Source: Prasinococcaceae sp. CCMP 1430 (taxonomy: Eukaryota; Plantae; Prasinodermophyta). From it: 64,000 nt of DNA. The notes beneath the pieces are model-generated. The model was not told the origin of the DNA. It did no database searches and was given only the letters and a program-made list of their open reading frames with translations. Every line of letters begins with the position of its first letter. Position 1 is the stretch's first letter. Position numbers and translations under genes: made by a program. Below are positions 56,001 through 64,000 of the stretch, piece after piece. The stretch lies in contig RQSC01000014.1 in NCBI GenBank assembly GCA_013416795.1, forward strand, positions 581,699-645,698, given 5' to 3'.

Positions 56001-58122
56001 CGCGCGCATTCAGACCGCCATGAGCGAACCAAGACCGCCAAGGCCCTCCGTGTGGTCGATCGAGGGCGGCGAGCCCTCAGCTCGATCGCATGTGCAGTCA
56101 CAAAGCGTCGCGTGCCAAACGCCAGGAGCGTTGCCTGGGACGCGAGACAAGAAGCGCCCCAGGCCTGCGTCCGCCGGCGCAGCCGGTGGGGGCAAACGCG
56201 CGGAGCCCCCTGCGGGGTCTGCTCCTGTTGCGCACGCGCGGCACGGGCCGATCACTGTGACTGAGGCGCTCCCGCCGCTGGCGCATCACTATCAGCAGCA
56301 GCTCAACTCATCCTCGCCAGCAGGCAGCACTTCGCCTTCGTCACCTGTAGTGGCCCGTAATCTGGAGAGCGAGCTCGACGCCGTTGTGCCGAAGACCCGG
56401 GCAGACGGCCACGCTTGTGACAGCGGCGCCATCGAGGCCGGCACCTCTCCCCTTCGCGCGCAAGAGGAGGCTCTCGCCGAGCCGGACCCGGACGAGGCGA
56501 TTGCTGATTTCGAAGCGCTAATTGAGCACCTGCAGTTGGACCGGAATCGCCTCATGCAAGAGAATGATAGGCTCACAGAGGACAATGCCGCTCTCGAGGA
56601 CGCTGCCGAGATAGCCACATTTGCGGCGCAGGCAGAGCGACTGGCGCTCGGCGACAGAGCTGCCGAGCTCGCCGATCTCGCATCCGAGCTTGCTCGAAAC
56701 GACTCTGGGCACGGCATCGTCGAACCACCCAGCGGCGGCCATGAACCGCGGCTCTCGACGACTGCAACGCTGACACAGTCCTATTCGCCCGAAGCGGCCG
56801 ATGTGGATGGTGGGCCTTCACATGCATCGCTCGCGGGGAGGGGCGACTTCGCTCAGTTTCAGGGTGACAGCACATTCAGCGGTGGTAGCAGCCTGAGCAC
56901 GAGCACCACGAGCAGCAAGGGCAAGGGAGAGGTGCAATCAGGTTCGCCGAGCTCCGCGGCGGCGCTGGCAGCGATCATCGCTGCCGCGGAGCGGCGCGAA
57001 AGGAAAGCGAGCGAGGCGAGCATGGCTGCATCCGCTCGCGCCATAGCGGCGGGGAGGGAGGCCGCGCAGCTCGCCGAGGAGCGAGCGGCGCGTGGACGCG
57101 CCGAATCAGAGGCCCGTGCCGCGCGCGAGGAGGCCGCTCGTGCGACTAGCCTGGCGAAGCGCGGTCTTGCGATGGCGATCTCGGAAAGACGTCCTGTCGA
57201 AGAGCGCGCTGCGGACCTTCAAGACCAGGTGGAGGCGCTCGAGCACAGGCGTGAGCGCGACGCTGCTGCCCTCGCCGACGAGCGTGCAGCGCTCAAGCAG
57301 GCGACCGAAGCGGTGAGGACCGTCGAACGCGAGGCACGCACAGCCTTGGAGGCTGAAGCCTTCGTGACGGTCGCCAAGGAGCGCGCTCTTCGGCTGGAGG
57401 TGGAGGCACGCGAGCGCACGGCGCGCGAGGAGGGCACGCGAGCGGTCAAAGAAGCGCTGCGAGGGGAGCGCGCCGCGCGGCTGGCTGCCGAGGAGCGCGA
57501 GCGAACCGCGCTCGACGAGGCTGCGAATGCGGCGGACGCTTTGAAGACGGCGCAGGATCTCGCGCTGCAGGCGGAGCGAGTGCTTCTCGAGCACGGCGAG
57601 CGCGTTCCCCACGAAGAGGCGCCGCTGCTGACGCCTGGCTCGGACGCAGCACGCGCGCTTGAGACAGAACGCACCGCGCGCGTCGTTGCGGAGGTGCGCG
57701 CACAGGCCGCACGCCAGGAAGCGGCGTGCGCAGCGAGCGTTGCGCGCACGGCGGTCGATATCGCACGCGAGCAGGCACGGCTTGCCGCCGCGGCGTCTCG
57801 AGCGGCGGATTCTGCGCAACAGGCGCGCCGTGCCGCCAGCAAGAGGGCCGCGCGCACGCCCGAGGCGCGCCAGACCACGGACGTGCTGCGATTGCACTGG
57901 ACGCCCGAAGGCCTGCCGAGCGCCCGCTTTTCGTTCGGTGCGCCGCTCGTCGGCTCGCCCACGCAGGGCCTCGAGCCCCCGCGAACAAGTCTTTCCGCGC
58001 CTGCGACTGCCGAGCCAGCTTCGGCGTCGGCTGACGCCAGCGCGGGTAGCCCCCCCGGACGCGCCGCTGACGAGGTGGGCAGGCGACCCGCCGGCGTCGC
58101 CAGGCGGCTGCGCATGGGCTGA
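49515..58122 (+). CDS. Giant Sfi1-like centrin-binding repeat protein with terminal coiled coils; exons 49515-49997, 50185-58122
   Basis: Dozens of basic helical repeats ending L..(A/F)..W(R/H) at roughly 22-33 aa spacing. The intron has GTGCGT, GCTGAC and AAG. Confidence 0.75.
49998..50100. repeat. Intronic (TG)n microsatellite followed by (CG)n and (CA)n
   Basis: About 55 nt of pure TG repeat plus further alternating purine-pyrimidine sequence. Confidence 0.95.
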
Positions 58123-58927
58123 GAAACCCAACCGAGCTCGCGGTTCGCTCTGGAGAGCGGTAGTTCTTAGATTCAGAGGCGTTGGTAGGCTAAGTAGTCG
58201 AGTTTAGTTAGGCCACGCAGCAGACCACATCATCGGTCACCAGTCGGTCGGTCGCCCCCTGCGCGCCGGCCGGGCGACGCTCGCGCAGCGGCGGGCACGC
58301 CCTGCCCGTTCAATAGGCGCTCGCACGGAGACGCTCGCTTGGTTGGTGACGCTGACATGGTCCACACCGCGCGAACGGGCGCGGGTCACTCAGAAGCGGA
58401 AGGACAGCGTGCTGGGGAAGGGGTGCGCGCGCAAAAAAAAAAAAAAGAGGGGCGGGCCGACCCGGCGAGCCGCGCTGGCGGGGGGGCACCTGCCTGGCGG
58501 GCGGGCGGGCTGACTGGGCCTCCAATCGATTACCGCACGACGCACGACGGGGAACGCGGTGCTTCGGTCGGTCGGTCGGTCGGTCGGTCGGGGTTCGCGG
58601 CAGACTTGGTGGTGCACGATCCCGGCCGGCCAGCGATGATGATGAGGGCTGGCCAGCCAGGTGTGCGGAATTCGGACCGAATTCTGCTGCAGCTGCTGCT
58701 CTGCGGCATTTTCGCCTCCCCCTCGATCGATCGCTCGCTCGCTCGCCCCCCCCCGCCCCCCGCCCCTGCCCCTGTTGCGTGTGCGCGCGTGCGCGTTCGT
58801 TGCGCGTTGATTGATCGATGTACCGACACGAACGGGCAGCGCCCCCCGGCCGGCCGCCGTTTGCCGACACCCGCCGGGTCCCCGAAGGGGCATGCACGCA
58901 CGCACGTGCGTCAGCGCGCGCCCGGTG

Positions 58928-58936
58928 CTATTTAAG
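58928..58936 (+). promoter_or_regulatory. Candidate TATA box upstream of beta-tubulin
   Basis: TATTTAA in an otherwise GC-rich context, followed about 50 nt later by a GTGCGT donor-like site before the gap. Confidence 0.3.
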
Positions 58937-59802
58937 GGTTGACACCACAGGGTTCGTCCTCGGCCGAGTTGATGGCCTTTTCCGGTGCGTCCCCTCCCCC
59001 TCCCTCCCCCCCCCCCCCCAAAGCGCGCGGCGCGTTGCGGTTGCGGTCGCAGCCGCGGGCGCGCGGGCGCGCGGNNNNNNNNNNNNNNNNNNNNNNNNNN
59101 NNNNNNNNNNNNNNNNNNNNNNNNNNNNNNNNNNNNNNNNNNNNNNNNNNNNNNNNNNNNNNNNNNNNNNNNNNNNNNNNNNNNNNNNNNNNNNNNNNNN
59201 NNNNNNNNNNNNNNNNNNNNNNNNNNNNNNNNNNNNNNNNNNNNNNNNNNNNNNNNNNNNNNNNNNNNNNNNNNNNNNNNNNNNNNNNNNNNNNNNNNNN
59301 NNNNNNNNNNNNNNNNNNNNNNNNNNNNNNNNNNNNNNNNNNNNNNNNNNNNNNNNNNNNNNNNNNNNNNNNNNNNNNNNNNNNNNNNNNNNNNNNNNNN
59401 NNNNNNNNNNNNNNNNNNNNNNNNNNNNNNNNNNNNNNNNNNNNNNNNNNNNNNNNNNNNNNNNNNNNNNNNNNNNNNNNNNNNNNNNNNNNNNNNNNNN
59501 NNNNNNNNNNNNNNNNNNNNNNNNNNNNNNNNNNNNNNNNNNNNNNNNNNNNNNNNNNNNNNNNNNNNNNNNNNNNNNNNNNNNNNNNNNNNNNNNNNNN
59601 NNNNNNNNNNNNNNNNNGGGGCGCCCGCCCTGGCCCGCCCGCCGCGAATTTTCCGCCGCATGCGTTCTGATGTGCGCGGCCGCGCGCGCGCGCGCGCGCA
59701 TGCGTTCTGATGTGCGCATCCGCACCCGCATCCGCATACGCGCGCGCGCCCTCCGCGCCCCCGCGCGCCGCGCGCTCCGGGCTTCATCGCGACGACGCGC
59801 AG

Positions 59803-61589
<1,787 letters not shown>

Positions 61590-62261
61590 GNNNNNNNNNN
61601 NNNNNNNNNNNNNNNNNNNNNNNNNNNNNNNNNNNNNNNNNNNNNNNNNNNNNNNNNNNNNNNNNNNNNNNNNNNNNNNNNNNNNNNNNNNNNNNNNNNN
61701 NNNNNNNNNNNNNNNNNNNNNNNNNNNNNNNNNNNNNNNNNNNNNNNNNNNNNNNNNNNNNNNNNNNNNNNNNNNNNNNNNNNNNNNNNNNNNNNNNNNN
61801 NNNNNNNNNNNNNNNNNNNNNNNNNNNNNNNNNNNNNNNNNNNNNNNNNNNNNNNNNNNNNNNNNNNNNNNNNNNNNNNNNNNNNNNNNNNNNNNNNNNN
61901 NNNNNNNNNNNNNNNNNNNNNNNNNNNNNNNNNNNNNNNNNNNNNNNNNNNNNNNNNNNNNNNNNNNNNNNNNNNNNNNNNNNNNNNNNNNNNNNNNNNN
62001 NNNNNNNNNNNNNNNNNNNNNNNNNNNNNNNNNNNNNNNNNNNNNNNNNNNNNNNNNNNNNNNNNNNNNNNNNNNNNNNNNNNNNNNNNNNNNNNNNNNN
62101 NNNNNNNNNNNNNNNNNNNNNNNNNNNNNNNNNNNNNNNNNNNNNNNNNNNNNNNNNNNNNNNNNNNNNNNNNNNNNNNNNNNNNNNNNNNNNNNNNNNN
62201 NNNNNNNNNNNNNNNNNNNNNNNNNNNNNNNNNNNNNNNNNNNNNNNNNNNNNNNNNNNCA

Positions 62262-63425
<1,164 letters not shown>

Positions 63426-64000
63426 GCGCGCGCTCGACTCGCGACTCGCGCTGTCACATAATTCCCACACTATCTTGTACTGGTACATGCTGCCCACGTC
63501 CATCCCGGGCGCCGCCGCCATCGCCGCCGCCGCCCCGAGGCTGCGGCCCGCTCGGCCGCAAAGACCGCGGGCGAGGCACCGCGAGACCTGTCAGCGCCCG
63601 CCCCTGCCCTCCCACCCCCCCGGGCGCACGTGCGCGAACGGAGGCCTCGCCCCCACTCGCCACCGCCCCGCGTGACGGGTACGAGGTGCGTTTTTTTTTT
63701 TTCCTTCCATTTTTGTGACGCGCGCGGGGTTCAGGTGGGATGTGCGAAGGTTCCCCTTTTTTTTTGGCTTGGCCCGCGCAGGGCAATTTGCGCCAATTTC
63801 CTTGGTTGAGAATTTGTGGTGTGCAGGGCACAAGCGCGTGTGTCAGGGGTGTGGTGTGTGTGTGCCCCGTGTGTGTCAGGGGGGCTGCAGGGTGCCACAC
63901 GCCGCACCTTGCGTGTGAAGCGCCGCCCTTGTGCCTGCGAGCGCGGGCATCGAGCCGCCCTCCCGCCGCCGCCGCCATTCGCGCGGCACCCTCGCCGTCA

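Overview
Gene-dense, very GC- and CpG-rich eukaryotic nuclear DNA from a draft scaffold with several N gaps. It is most consistent with a prasinophyte-grade green alga: plant-type plastid GSH1, a PGRL1-like gene, an ACD5-type ceramide kinase, and GC-rich spliceosomal introns with GTGCG donors and CTGAC branch sites. About 27 protein genes or gene fragments are visible: mitochondrial carrier, PGRL1-like, glycerol-3-P dehydrogenase, SANBR/KIAA1841-like BTB, sulfotransferase-like, homogentisate dioxygenase, RABL2, a bacterial-style C5 DNA methyltransferase, ARM protein, a Pro/Thr-rich somatomedin-B glycoprotein, COQ9, O-fucosyltransferase, a CUB/LNR secreted protein, Fluc/FEX, kinase and 2OG-oxygenase fragments, ceramide kinase, an NDP-sugar C-methyltransferase fragment, LYRM, GSH1, GST, Ac45/VOA1-like, a giant Sfi1-like protein and two beta-tubulin last exons. 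There is also one intron-containing tRNA-Gly(GCC). No CRISPR array, rRNA or intact transposase was seen. I cannot support a clear new multi-gene system. The most notable signals are repeated head-to-head fusions or overlaps of genes (either misassembly or real inversions), bacterial-like methyltransferases, and several unusual protein architectures. All family calls come from motif recognition, not database searches.
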